A DNA stretch of 32,000 nt from Halomonas socia (GTDB lineage Bacteria; Pseudomonadota; Gammaproteobacteria; Pseudomonadales; Halomonadaceae), in assembly GCA_039725535.1 (NCBI GenBank), contig CP049827.1, positions 2,224,556-2,256,555 on the forward strand, read 5' to 3'. Positions 1-9,581 of this stretch are shown here, in pieces (position 1 is the first letter of the stretch; each line of letters starts with the position of its first letter). The translations under genes were made by a program, and so were the position numbers. A model generated the notes under the pieces. It was not told the DNA's origin. It did no database searches and was given only the letters and a program-made list of their open reading frames with translations.

Positions 1-114
1 TCCCAAGAAGTAAACGAGATGTGTGTCCGGCCTTGGAGCTCAACTCCATTCCTCCCTGCTGAGCTCACCGGGCGGCCCTGACTGGGGCGCCCGGCTTCTT
101 GAGCGCAGGCCCTG

Positions 115-876
115 TCAGATCCGCAAGCCGCCGTCGCACTCGATCACCCGCCCGGTGAAATAGGCGTTGTCGAAGATGAATGCCACGCTCTCGGCGATAT
201 CTGCCGGCTGGCCGAGGCTGCCCAGCGGAATGCCCTTGGTGATTTTCTCCAGCACCTCGGGGCGAATGGCGGAGGTCATCTCGGTCTCGATGAAGCCCGG
301 CGCCACCGCGCCAACGCGAATGCCGTAGCGTGCCAGCTCCTTCGCCCAGGTCACGGTCAGCGAGGCCACCCCGGCCTTGGCCGCCGAGTAGTTGCTCTGC
401 CCCATGTTGCCAGCGCGGGAAATGCTCGAGATGTTGACGATCACGCCGCCCTGGCCGGCTTCTACCATCTGGCTGGCCGCTTCGCGCCCGCACAGAAAGA
501 CACCGGTCAGATTGACATCGATGACCTGACGCCACTGCCCGAGGGACATGGTGCTCTCCACCTTGCCGTCCCGCGCCTTGACCAGCAGACCATCGCGGGT
601 GATCCCGGCATTGTTGACCAGCCCAGTGATCGGCCCCAACTGCGCGGCGATATCGTCAAATGTCTGACGCACCGAGGTCTCGTCGGCCACATCGACCACG
701 AAACTGGTTGCCTGTACGCCCTGGTCGAGCAGCGCATTGGCCGCGTTGTCGAGCGCCTCGCGTTCGAGGTCGAGCAGCGCGATCCGGGCGCCCTTGCGCC
801 CCAGTACCGCGGCCATGGCCAGGCCGAGCCCGCGCGCGCCGCCGGTAATCGCCACCACCGAATCGTTCCACTGCAT
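115..876 (-). CDS. SDR-family NAD(P)-dependent oxidoreductase (FabG-like)
   Basis: 253-aa ORF. TGGARGLG Rossmann motif near the N-terminus, NNAG motif, and S...YSAAK catalytic motif. ATG at 876 is preceded by an AAGGAG Shine-Dalgarno. Confidence 0.85.
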   Translation of the reverse strand: MQWNDSVVAITGGARGLGLAMAAVLGRKGARIALLDLEREALDNAANALLDQGVQATSFVVDVADETSVRQTFDDIAAQLGPITGLVNNAGITRDGLLVKARDGKVESTMSLGQWRQVIDVNLTGVFLCGREAASQMVEAGQGGVIVNISSISRAGNMGQSNYSAAKAGVASLTVTWAKELARYGIRVGAVAPGFIETEMTSAIRPEVLEKITKGIPLGSLGQPADIAESVAFIFDNAYFTGRVIECDGGLRI

Positions 877-1084
877 AATGGATATCTCCTTATGGGGCCA
901 GTGTGCCTGGCCCTCTCGCTAGATGCGTGCCACCGCTCGACATGTCCAGTGCGGGGCGACCGATATCGTTGTGCATCGCAACATAAATTACCCTAGCACG
1001 AGACGCCGCCTTCGCCCAGCCAACCATTGGCGAAGTCCCGCGCATGCGCCGCCACACTTGGCTATCGGCCATTCCCGCGCGCGA

Positions 1085-1112
1085 CTTGAAAACGCCTGCG
1101 CCACCTCCATAT
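1085..1112 (+). promoter_or_regulatory. sigma-32 (RpoH)-type promoter candidate for fxsA
   Basis: CTTGAAA (1085-1091), 13-nt spacer, CTCCATAT (1105-1112). Consensus is CTTGAAA-N13/14-CCCCATNT. It lies 28 nt upstream of the fxsA ATG. fxsA is a known sigma-32 regulon member in E. coli. Confidence 0.5.
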
Positions 1113-1139
1113 CAAGGCCAAACTACACCAGGAGTCACC

Positions 1140-1658
1140 ATGCCCTTCCTGTTGCTCTTTACCCTCTTCGCCCTGCTCGATTTCGTCATCCTGTTCTCGG
1201 TGGGCAGCCAGATCGGCCTGCTCACCACCCTGCTGCTGGTGCTGGGCACCGGCGTCATCGGGCTACACCTGGTTCGGCGCCAGGGCGTTGCCACTCTGCA
1301 GCGTGCTCAGCAGCGCTTCGCCCAGGGCGAACTACCCTCCGGTGAACTGATTACCGGCGCCGCCTTGATCTTTGGCGGCGCCCTGCTGATGGCGCCTGGC
1401 TTCGTCTCCGACGCACTGGGCTTCATGTGCCTGATTCCCGGCACCCGGCAGCTACTCGGCCGCGCCTTTGGCCGGGTAGGCGTCAAAGCGCGCGGCTTCA
1501 GTTTCCATCAGCAGCCAGAGCCGAGCCCGGATGACTGGCATCAGGCCACCGGCCAGCGCCCGGCCGACGACTGGCAAGCGCATACCCACGGCCATCGTGA
1601 CGATGCCCAGGGGCCCATCGAGGGCGATTTCATCAGCCGCGACGACTCGCGCCGCTGA
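1140..1658 (+). CDS. fxsA: FxsA family inner-membrane protein
   Basis: The ORF track starts at 1044. The ATG at 1140 has a CAGGAG SD and opens directly on the hydrophobic FxsA N-terminus MPFLLLFTLFALLDFVILFSVGSQIG. Position upstream of groES is the conserved synteny. Confidence 0.85.
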   Translation: MPFLLLFTLFALLDFVILFSVGSQIGLLTTLLLVLGTGVIGLHLVRRQGVATLQRAQQRFAQGELPSGELITGAALIFGGALLMAPGFVSDALGFMCLIPGTRQLLGRAFGRVGVKARGFSFHQQPEPSPDDWHQATGQRPADDWQAHTHGHRDDAQGPIEGDFISRDDSRR

Positions 1659-1693
1659 GTGGCTGAAAAACGTAAAAAATTTTACTTGGCGGC

Positions 1694-1721
1694 CTTGAAA
1701 GGCTTCCTCCAGCCCCCACTG
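1694..1721 (+). promoter_or_regulatory. sigma-32 (RpoH)-type promoter candidate for groES-groEL
   Basis: CTTGAAA (1694-1700), 13-nt spacer, CCCCACTG (1714-1721). An A/T-rich UP-like tract (aaaaacgtaaaaaatttta) lies just upstream. The site is about 150 nt upstream of the groES ATG. Confidence 0.55.
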
Positions 1722-1869
1722 TTGGGCTAGAAGACGAGCTTCGGTTGCCGAGGTCCCCTCGGCACCAATGACAATGAAGGCAACCGCCTTCCCGGAAGCC
1801 CGCTTCCGGAGCTGTTATGGACCGTCGTGAACCATCACGACACAGCAAACCATCAGGAGAACGTGAGCA

Positions 1870-2163
1870 ATGAACATCCGTCCCTTGCACGATCGCGTCG
1901 TAGTCCGTCGCGTCGAAGAAGAACAGAAAACCGCTGGCGGCATCGTGCTCCCGGGCAATGCCCAGGAAAAGCCGACTCGTGGCGAAGTCCTCGCCGTCGG
2001 TAACGGCCGGATTCTCGACAACGGCGAAGTGCGTCCGCTGGACGTCAAGGTCGGCGACACGGTGATCTTCAAGGATGGCTTTGGCGTCGAGAAGCAGAAA
2101 ATCGACGGCGAAGAAGTCCTGATCATGAGCGAGTCCGACATTCTCGCCGTGGTCGAAGGCTAA
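1870..2163 (+). CDS. groES: co-chaperonin GroES
   Basis: 97-aa [17 protein letters not shown]...; AGGAGA SD; immediately upstream of groEL. Confidence 0.97.
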   Translation: MNIRPLHDRVVVRRVEEEQKTAGGIVLPGNAQEKPTRGEVLAVGNGRILDNGEVRPLDVKVGDTVIFKDGFGVEKQKIDGEEVLIMSESDILAVVEG

Positions 2164-2210
2164 GCCTCTACCCGTTACTGCACTGCGTTAGTTTCACGAA
2201 CTCAGATTAG

Positions 2211-3864
<1,654 letters not shown>

Positions 3865-4416
3865 GCGACGAGAGTCGCTTAGGTAGCTAGCCTAGCGGGC
3901 TACATCATTGTGGTCACCGACCCTGGAGTCGGTGGCCACACACCCGCAGAAAAAGCAATTTGCTAAACCCGGTATCCGGGGCTTTCTCAAGACCCGGATA
4001 CCGGTCACCTGTAACTAGGGTGTACCGTTCTCGGTGTCTGGGGGAAACCCCGAGTCCTCGCCTCACGGCGACGGATCTATCAATGCTGAAGTTCGGCCAA
4101 ATGGCCGGATGACGTAGCAGAGATTGCCGTGTCTACAAAGCTTGCTGGCACCTAGTGACGCAAGCCTTTCCTGCTATTGTCTCACCTTGGGGTATTTCGG
4201 GGTAACGAGACCTGTTGTTCAGCCAACAGTAGCCTAGGGGTAGTGCATTACTGGCAACGGTGGTGTGCGAAGCTCCCTGACAATGTAGTCCCACCTCGGT
4301 GGACTGTCCGTGCCGCGAGGCACGCCAGTGACTCTGCCAGCAACAGGCGGATGAGACGCTAGGCTGGGTGGTACGACCAACGCAAGTGAACTGCTGATAA
4401 ACACCGTCAACCGCAA

Positions 4417-4441
4417 GGAGCCAAAGTTGCTGACAGGCTTC
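4417..4441 (+). other. candidate EBS2 hairpin of intron domain I
   Basis: Stem GGAGCC/GGCUUC with 13-nt loop AAAGUUGCUGACA. Loop UGCUG (4428-4432) can pair with exon CGGCA (3851-3855, one G-U), 1 nt upstream of IBS1. It lies about 45 nt upstream of the EBS1 hairpin, the expected order. Confidence 0.4.
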
Positions 4442-4463
4442 AACCAAAAGGTGTGTAGCCGGT

Positions 4464-4486
4464 TATGCCCCTTACATCTGGGCATA
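4464..4486 (+). other. candidate EBS1 hairpin of intron domain I
   Basis: Stem UAUGCCC/GGGCAUA with 9-nt loop CUUACAUCU. UACAUC is the perfect complement of the last 6 exon nt GAUGUA before 3863. The hairpin sits on a further 7-bp stem GUAGCCG (4455-4461) / CGGCUAC (4497-4503). Confidence 0.6.
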
Positions 4487-4518
4487 CGCTGACGCACGGC
4501 TACCGGTGGATAGGCAGG

Positions 4519-4526
4519 GTCTAACC
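4519..4526. repeat. 8-bp target-site duplication (left) of IS66 insertion
   Basis: GTCTAACC lies immediately left of the IS left inverted repeat. An identical 8-mer is at 6988-6995. Confidence 0.85.
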
Positions 4527-4609
4527 GTATGCGCCCGGTGAACACACCTTACGCTGAGGCTCCGCGCCGGCGACATTAGGTGTCCACCTATTTTAAGTGG
4601 GCACCTATC

Positions 4610-4975
4610 ATGACGACCCCAAGTACCGAGCGTGAGATTCGCCGCCGGCGGCGCTACACCCGCGAGTTCAAGGCCAGCGTTATCGCCGCCTGTCAGCAAC
4701 CCGATGTTTCGATTGCCCAAGTGGCCCTGGCATATGGGTTGAACACCAACCTCGTCCAGAAGTGGATCCGCCTGGCTAAGAAACAGAGCCACCTGCCGGC
4801 TCCGCCGGATTTCGTGTCGTTGCCTGTACCCACAACAACTCCAGAAAGGCCATCGGCTCAGCCCTCCTCCTCGGACATTACCATTGAGATCCCCAATGCA
4901 CGTGGTGCCATCACCGTTCGCTGGCCGGTCAGCGATGCCGCGCAATGTGTACAGTGGTTGAAGGGGCTGCTGTGA
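4610..4975 (+). CDS. tnpA: IS66-family accessory protein TnpA (HTH, IS3/IS911-type orfA)
   Basis: MTTPSTEREIRRRRRYTREFKASVIAACQQPDVSIAQVALAYGLNTNLVQKWI... ATG at 4610 is chosen over the GTG at 4580. The stop TGA overlaps the tnpB ATG by 1 nt (TGATG). Confidence 0.85.
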   Translation: MTTPSTEREIRRRRRYTREFKASVIAACQQPDVSIAQVALAYGLNTNLVQKWIRLAKKQSHLPAPPDFVSLPVPTTTPERPSAQPSSSDITIEIPNARGAITVRWPVSDAAQCVQWLKGLL

Positions 4976-5310
4976 TGATTCGCATCGATGAGATCTGGCT
5001 GTCCACCGAGCCGTTAGACATGCGCGCCGGTCCCGATACCGCCCTGGCGCGGGTGGTCAAGGTGTTTGGCACCGCCCGACCACACTGTGCCTACCTGTTC
5101 GCCAACCGCCGCGGCAACCGCATGAAGGTACTGATCCACGATGGCTTGGGAGTCTGGCTCTGTGCTCGCCGACTCAATCAAGGCAAGTTCCACTGGGCCG
5201 GCAACTGGCACGGCGACCAGCTGGAACTGTCATCCGAGCAGGTGGCGGCGCTGGTACAGGGCCTGCCCTGGCAACGCATCGGTCCGGCGGGGGCCATTTC
5301 GGTACTGTAA
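4975..5310 (+). CDS. tnpB: IS66-family Orf2 protein TnpB
   Basis: 111-aa MIRIDEIWLSTEPLDMRAGPDTALARVV...FANRRGNRMKVLIHDGLGVWLCARRL, typical IS66 orf2. Translationally coupled to tnpA. Confidence 0.9.
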   Translation: MIRIDEIWLSTEPLDMRAGPDTALARVVKVFGTARPHCAYLFANRRGNRMKVLIHDGLGVWLCARRLNQGKFHWAGNWHGDQLELSSEQVAALVQGLPWQRIGPAGAISVL

Positions 5311-5404
5311 GTCGCGCGGTGAACTTATCGGCACAGAAGGCGAGCCCTGGCCATTCGATAATCTGCGCATCCCTTTGCTGCTGGCGGGCTGGCATAATCA
5401 GAGG

Positions 5405-6955
5405 ATGAAGACGCCGCCTGACTTGTCCCAACTCTCTCCCGATCAGCTCCGCCACCTGGCGGCAACGCTGATGGCGCAGGTGGAGGAAAAGGACCGGGCG
5501 CTGACACAGAGCCAAGAAACGCTACGCCACACCGAGCAGGTCAATCAGAAGCTGACTTATGAATTGGCGCTGCTTAAGCGCCACGCTTTCGGCAAGCGCA
5601 GCGAACAGCTCAACGTCCTGCAGATCAGCCTGCTGGAGGAGATGGTGGATGCCGACATCGCCGCCATCGAGACTGAGCTTGAGGATCTGAAGCTCACCTC
5701 CACTCCGCCGGTGCCCAAGAAGGCCCCCAAGCGCGCCCCCTTGCCTCCCGAGCTGCCGCGCACCGAGGTTCACCATGATCCGGAGAATGATCATTGCACC
5801 TGCGGTTGCCAGCTGCGGCGGATCGGCGAGGAGATCAGCGAAAAGCTCGACTACACGCCAGGCGTGTTCCACGTCGAGCGCCATGTTCGCGGCAAATGGG
5901 TCTGCGACCAGTGTGAGACGCTGATCCAGGCGCCGATGCCGGCCCAGATCATCGACAAGGGCATCCCCACCGCCGGCCTGCTGGCCCAGGTGCTGATCGC
6001 TAAGTATGCCGATCATCTGCCCCTCTATCGCCAAGAGCAGATCTTTGCCCGTGCCGGTGTACCGATTCCGCGCTCCACCTTGGGCGAGTGGGCTGGCATC
6101 TGCGGGGTGCGGCTCCAGCCACTGGTCGATGCGCTGCGTGACCTGTTGCTTGCCGAGCCCGTGCTGCATGCCGACGAGACCCCGGTGCCGATGCTGGCCC
6201 CAGGCAAGAAGAAGACCCACCGTGCCTACCTCTGGGCTTACGCCACGACGCCCTACGCCGGATTGCAGGCGGTGGTCTACGACTTCAGCGAGGGGCGTGG
6301 CGGTCAGCATGCCCGTGACTTCCTCGGTGAGTGGAAGGGCAAGCTGATCTGCGACGACTACAGCGGCTACAAGCAGAGCTTTGCCAAGGGCGTCACCGAG
6401 ATCGGCTGCATGGCTCATGCGCGACGCAAGTTCGTCGACCTACACGTGGCTGCCAAGAGTCAGATTGCCAAACAGGCCATCGAACTGATCGGCCAGCTTT
6501 ACCAGGTGGAGCGCGAGGCCCAGTCACTGAGCGCGGAAGAACGCCAACGACTGAGGGAGACACGGGCGAGGCCCATCGCCGACGCGCTGCACCGCTGGAT
6601 GTTGGCTCACCGCGAGAAAGTGCCAAACGGCTCGGCGACGGCCAAGGCGCTGGACTATAGCTTGAAGCGTTGGGCGACGCTGACGCGCTACCTCGATGAC
6701 GGCGGGTTACCCATCGACAACAACCGGGTGGAAAACCTGATTCGTCCCTGGGCGCTCGGTCGCAGCAACTGGCTGTTTGCCGGCTCGCTGCGCAGCGGCC
6801 AGCGTGCCGCCAACATCATGAGCCTGATCCAATGCGCCAAGCTGAACGGCCATGAGCCCTACGCTTACCTGAAGGATGTGCTCGAACGGCTGCCGACCCA
6901 GAAGGCCAGCCAGCTCCACGAACTCCTGCCCCACAACTGGCAACTCGTCGACTGA
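5405..6955 (+). CDS. tnpC: IS66-family transposase TnpC
   Basis: 516 aa from ATG 5405 (AGAGGA SD). N-terminal coiled-coil, Cys-cluster HCTCGC...CDQC, and the conserved IS66 DDE core (ADETP..., ...CMAHARRKF..., NNRVENLIRPWALGRSNWLF). The upstream part of ORF 5141-6955 overlaps tnpB in another frame and was discarded. Confidence 0.92.
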   Translation: MKTPPDLSQLSPDQLRHLAATLMAQVEEKDRALTQSQETLRHTEQVNQKLTYELALLKRHAFGKRSEQLNVLQISLLEEMVDADIAAIETELEDLKLTSTPPVPKKAPKRAPLPPELPRTEVHHDPENDHCTCGCQLRRIGEEISEKLDYTPGVFHVERHVRGKWVCDQCETLIQAPMPAQIIDKGIPTAGLLAQVLIAKYADHLPLYRQEQIFARAGVPIPRSTLGEWAGICGVRLQPLVDALRDLLLAEPVLHADETPVPMLAPGKKKTHRAYLWAYATTPYAGLQAVVYDFSEGRGGQHARDFLGEWKGKLICDDYSGYKQSFAKGVTEIGCMAHARRKFVDLHVAAKSQIAKQAIELIGQLYQVEREAQSLSAEERQRLRETRARPIADALHRWMLAHREKVPNGSATAKALDYSLKRWATLTRYLDDGGLPIDNNRVENLIRPWALGRSNWLFAGSLRSGQRAANIMSLIQCAKLNGHEPYAYLKDVLERLPTQKASQLHELLPHNWQLVD

Positions 6956-6987
6956 TCATTCACAAAGGGTGATGCCCGTTCGCTTAC

Positions 6988-6995
6988 GTCTAACC
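6988..6995. repeat. 8-bp target-site duplication (right) of IS66 insertion
   Basis: GTCTAACC lies immediately right of the IS right inverted repeat, identical to 4519-4526. Confidence 0.85.
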
Positions 6996-7344
6996 CACTC
7001 ATGTAGAAGGAAAGGAACTCGGTAAGCCCGTATCTCTGCCCTCGGGCAGGCGAGCCGCAAGGCAAGCTGTTGGAGGTGCGGGTAGAGGAGGACAGAAAAA
7101 GCGAATGCCCGTCTGTAATGGACGGGATAGGGGTTCGAACTTTGCCCCGACGCGAAAGCGTGCTGACTTCTGTCTGGTCTCTGATCGCGTGAAGGCGTGT
7201 AAAGCCGCCTGATAAGCACCATCCGCGGTTTGGATGGACAGAACGAATGCCCTTGCGGGGTGAGGCTCACCTTCCCCGCAAGGGGATAGTGCCGTCTTCC
7301 CCCCTCGGGGCATTTTTCGTCAATGCTCAGAGGAGGATAGCAAG

Positions 7345-9000
7345 ATGAGTACTCTTGAAAGCGTACCTGCATTCTCCCACTCGGCATCAAGCTGGCACAC
7401 CATCGATTGGAAGGTCTGCCATCGCCGTGTGAGGAGGCTACAGGTACGGATCGCGAAGGCTGCCCATGACCAGAAGTGGCGCAGGGTCAAATCCCTGCAA
7501 CGCATGCTGGTCCGCTCGTTCTCAGCCAGGGCACTGGCTGTGAAGCGCGTCACCGAGAACCAGGGCAAGAAAACGCCTGGTGTCGATGGGGCATGCTGGG
7601 ACACTCCGGATGACAAGTGGGAAGCGATCTTCCGTTTGCAGCGGAAGGGCTACAAGCCCAGACCGCTTCGCCGGGTCTATATCCCAAAGGCCAACGGTCA
7701 ACGTCGGCCGCTGGGAATCCCGACGATGCTGGATCGCGCCATGCAGGCAATGTACCTGCTTGGGCTCGAACCGGTAGCAGAAACGACGGCGGATCGGAAC
7801 TCCTACGGCTTTCGGCCCATGCGAGCCACCGCGGATGCGATTGAGCAATGCTTCGTCAATCTCAGCCGCAAGCACTCGGCTAAGTGGGTACTCGAAGGCG
7901 ACATCAAGGGGTGCTTCGACAACATCGACCACGAGTGGCTGGTCCGGAATATCCCCATGGATAGGACGGTCCTCCGCAAGTGGCTTAAAGCGGGATACAT
8001 GGAGTCCTCACGGCTCCTTCCGACGACGGCGGGAACACCGCAAGGTGGCATCATCTCGCCGGCATTGGCCAATATGGCGCTTGACGGTTTGGAAGCGGTG
8101 CTCGAATCCCAATTCGGGAAGAAGAACACCAAGGCCAGCTACAAGACCAAGGTCAATTATGTGCGGTACGCGGACGATTTCATCATCACCGGCATCTCCA
8201 AGGAGCTGCTGGAGGAGGACGTGAAACCCATCGTCGAGGCCTTCATGGCCGAGCGTGGGCTCACGCTCTCAGTGGAGAAGTCCGTCGTCACGCACATAGC
8301 GGAGGGATTCGACTTCCTGGGCCAGAATATTCGCAAGTACAGTGACAAGTGCCTCATCAAGCCGAGCCACAAGAACGTGAAGACTTTCTTGGCCAACGTA
8401 AGGAAGCTGTTGAACGCCAACAAGACCATGCCTGCCTGGTGGATCGTGGATCAGCTCAACCCGATGATTCGGGGCTGGACCAACTACCATCGGGGAGTCG
8501 CGGCCAAGGAGACGTTCAACTACGTGGACTACCGCATCTGGAAGATGCTATGGCAATGGTGCAAGAGACGGCACCTGAGCCGGCGCAAGCGCTGGATCAA
8601 GGGGAAGTACTTCCCTCCAGCAGGCAAGCGTCAGTGGGTCTTCCAGGGTGAGTATCCCGGCGGCAAGCGAGCGTATCTGCTCTATGCCAGCGATGTGCCG
8701 ATCAAGCGGCATACCAAGATCAAGGCGGAAGCGAACCCTTACGACCCGGCGTTCGAGACCTATTTCGAGGAACGGCTGGAACGTTCCTGGAAGGAATCGA
8801 CAAAGGGAAGGAAGAAGCTGCAGACGCTCTGGTCCCGGCAAGGCAAGCGCTGCCCGATGTGCCAACAGTTCATCACCTGGGAAACCGGGTGGAACATCCA
8901 CCACGTGGTGGAGAGGCACAAGGGTGGCGGTGACGAGCTGGACAACCTGGTACTGCTGCATCCCAACTGCCACCGTCAGCTGCATCACGGTAGTGGATGA
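7345..9000 (+). CDS. ltrA: group II intron-encoded protein: reverse transcriptase / maturase / HNH endonuclease
   Basis: 551 aa. RT motifs include RPLGIPTMLDR and YADD (VRYADDFIITG). Maturase X motif is MIRGWTNYHRG. C-terminal H-N-H domain is CPMCQQ...HHVVERHKGGGDELDNLVLLHPNCHRQLH. GAGGAGG SD. Located inside domain IV. Confidence 0.95.
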   Translation: MSTLESVPAFSHSASSWHTIDWKVCHRRVRRLQVRIAKAAHDQKWRRVKSLQRMLVRSFSARALAVKRVTENQGKKTPGVDGACWDTPDDKWEAIFRLQRKGYKPRPLRRVYIPKANGQRRPLGIPTMLDRAMQAMYLLGLEPVAETTADRNSYGFRPMRATADAIEQCFVNLSRKHSAKWVLEGDIKGCFDNIDHEWLVRNIPMDRTVLRKWLKAGYMESSRLLPTTAGTPQGGIISPALANMALDGLEAVLESQFGKKNTKASYKTKVNYVRYADDFIITGISKELLEEDVKPIVEAFMAERGLTLSVEKSVVTHIAEGFDFLGQNIRKYSDKCLIKPSHKNVKTFLANVRKLLNANKTMPAWWIVDQLNPMIRGWTNYHRGVAAKETFNYVDYRIWKMLWQWCKRRHLSRRKRWIKGKYFPPAGKRQWVFQGEYPGGKRAYLLYASDVPIKRHTKIKAEANPYDPAFETYFEERLERSWKESTKGRKKLQTLWSRQGKRCPMCQQFITWETGWNIHHVVERHKGGGDELDNLVLLHPNCHRQLHHGSG

Positions 9001-9058
9001 TCGACCAGGGTCAGCACTGCTGCTAGCATGTAACTTCATGTATGCGCAGGAGCTGATC

Positions 9059-9358
9059 ATGGGCGTCACAAAAAGGTGGATGGAGCAGGAAGAGCAAAAA
9101 CTCAACGTCGCCACGGGGATAGCCATACGAGCAGGCGTGCTAGATCGCTGTGAGTTCTGCGATAGTACGGTGTACTCGACCGGCGAAAGCGTTGAGGAAG
9201 CTTATAAAGTCGGTAATACCATGTTCTCAAATGGTGAACTTGATGCGTTCGAGTCTCGCAGAGAGATGACTGATGCCATCAAGGCCACAGTAGAGAGCCC
9301 GGACCATGCCGGCGATTGCTGCTACCACTGCCACGAAAGGATGTTCGGCGACGACTGA
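9059..9358 (+). CDS. hypothetical 99-aa Cys-rich protein (C31xxC34 ... C87C88xxC91), second ORF inside intron domain IV
   Basis: ATG 9059 is preceded by AGGAG (9048-9052) at 6-nt spacing. The stop at 9356-9358 is 2 nt before the 3' strand of the domain IV stem. Sequence: MGVTKRWMEQEEQKLNVATGIAIRAGVLDRCEFCDSTVYSTGESVEEAYKVGNTMFSNGELDAFESRREMTDAIKATVESPDHAGDCCYHCHERMFGDD. I recognise no family. Confidence 0.55.
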   Translation: MGVTKRWMEQEEQKLNVATGIAIRAGVLDRCEFCDSTVYSTGESVEEAYKVGNTMFSNGELDAFESRREMTDAIKATVESPDHAGDCCYHCHERMFGDD

Positions 9359-9403
9359 GCAGATGGCAGTCGGCCTGTACCTTGTACGGGTTTACAGAGG
9401 CTT

Positions 9404-9437
9404 GAGCCGTATGCGGGGAAACTCGCACGTACGGTTC
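9404..9437 (+). ncRNA. group II intron domain V (catalytic hairpin)
   Basis: 34 nt with an AGC triad, 9-bp lower helix, 2-nt AC bulge, 5-bp upper helix and GAAA tetraloop. Confidence 0.92.
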
Positions 9438-9440
9438 TTA

Positions 9441-9475
9441 GGGGGCGGCGGGGCAGAAATGCCCTGCTGCTACCC
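9441..9475 (+). ncRNA. group II intron domain VI with branch-point adenosine (A9472)
   Basis: 15-bp helix (GGGGGCGGCGGGGCA / UGCCCUGCUGCU-A-CCC) capped by GAAA. A single bulged A lies 7 nt from the 3' splice site. The intron ends in AC. Confidence 0.8.
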
Positions 9476-9515
9476 GACAGCCAGCCCCCTGCCCCAGGCA
9501 CTGCCTGAGACAGAC

Positions 9516-9549
9516 CCCGCCGGTGAGAACCGGCGGGTTTTTTTATTTT
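9516..9549 (+). terminator. rho-independent terminator (displaced groESL terminator)
   Basis: Stem CCCGCCGG (9516-9523) / CCGGCGGG (9530-9537), loop TGAGAA, then TTTTTTTATTTT. It lies 37 nt downstream of the intron 3' end. Confidence 0.88.
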
Positions 9550-9581
9550 AGCGCTAAGAGATAAGTAGGAATCTTGTTTCC

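Larger units (their letters stand above)
4527..6987 (+). mobile_element. IS66-family insertion sequence (complete: IRs, tnpA, tnpB, tnpC)
   Basis: 2461 bp. Left IR is GTATGCGCCCGGTGAACACACC (4527-4548). The right IR reverse complement is GTAAGCGAACGGGCATCACCCT (6966-6987), 15/22 identical, with the typical GTAAGCG-type IS66 terminus. Three-ORF IS66 organisation and a flanking 8-bp TSD. Confidence 0.9.

Noticed and set aside
69-95. Hairpin CCGGGCG...CGCCCGG downstream of the first SDR gene as a terminator
   Set aside because: It has a 13-nt loop and no U-tract on the relevant (minus) strand, so it is too weak to call.
4265-4269. Internal GUGCG as the true 5' splice site of the intron
   Set aside because: It gives a conventional intron length, but the EBS1 and EBS2 loops do not pair with the bases upstream of 4265. 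A CACCGU match at 4403-4408 lies inside a stem and 5' of the EBS2 arm, which is the wrong order. They do pair with the groEL exon before 3863, and only the 3863 junction restores a stop codon. This is kept as an open question in the findings rather than fully excluded.
4133-4545. Small ORFs (61-104 aa, both strands) inside the intron 5' region
   Set aside because: They have no SD sequences, odd composition and mutual overlap. The region is better explained as structured RNA.
5141-5404. Upstream extension of tnpC (604-aa version)
   Set aside because: It overlaps tnpB out of frame and lacks similarity. ATG 5405, with an SD, gives the canonical IS66 TnpC N-terminus.
5522-6418. 298-aa ORF antisense to IS66 tnpC
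   Set aside because: Same high-GC antisense artefact; tnpC on the plus strand is full length and conserved.
7345-9000. RT gene as a retron, DGR or defence-associated reverse transcriptase
   Set aside because: The protein has the maturase X motif and a C-terminal HNH domain. It is also embedded between recognisable group II ribozyme domains (IV stem, V, VI), so it is an intron-encoded protein.
8648-9037. Upstream part of the 236-aa ORF 8648-9358
   Set aside because: It overlaps the IEP gene out of frame with Arg/Ser-rich nonsense. Only the portion after the IEP stop, starting at the SD-preceded ATG 9059, is a plausible gene.
9516-9549. Terminator-targeting (class C-like) intron insertion
   Set aside because: Class C introns insert just downstream of a terminator hairpin. 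Here the hairpin is in the 3' exon, 37 nt after the intron, and the IEP has an En domain, so this logic does not apply.
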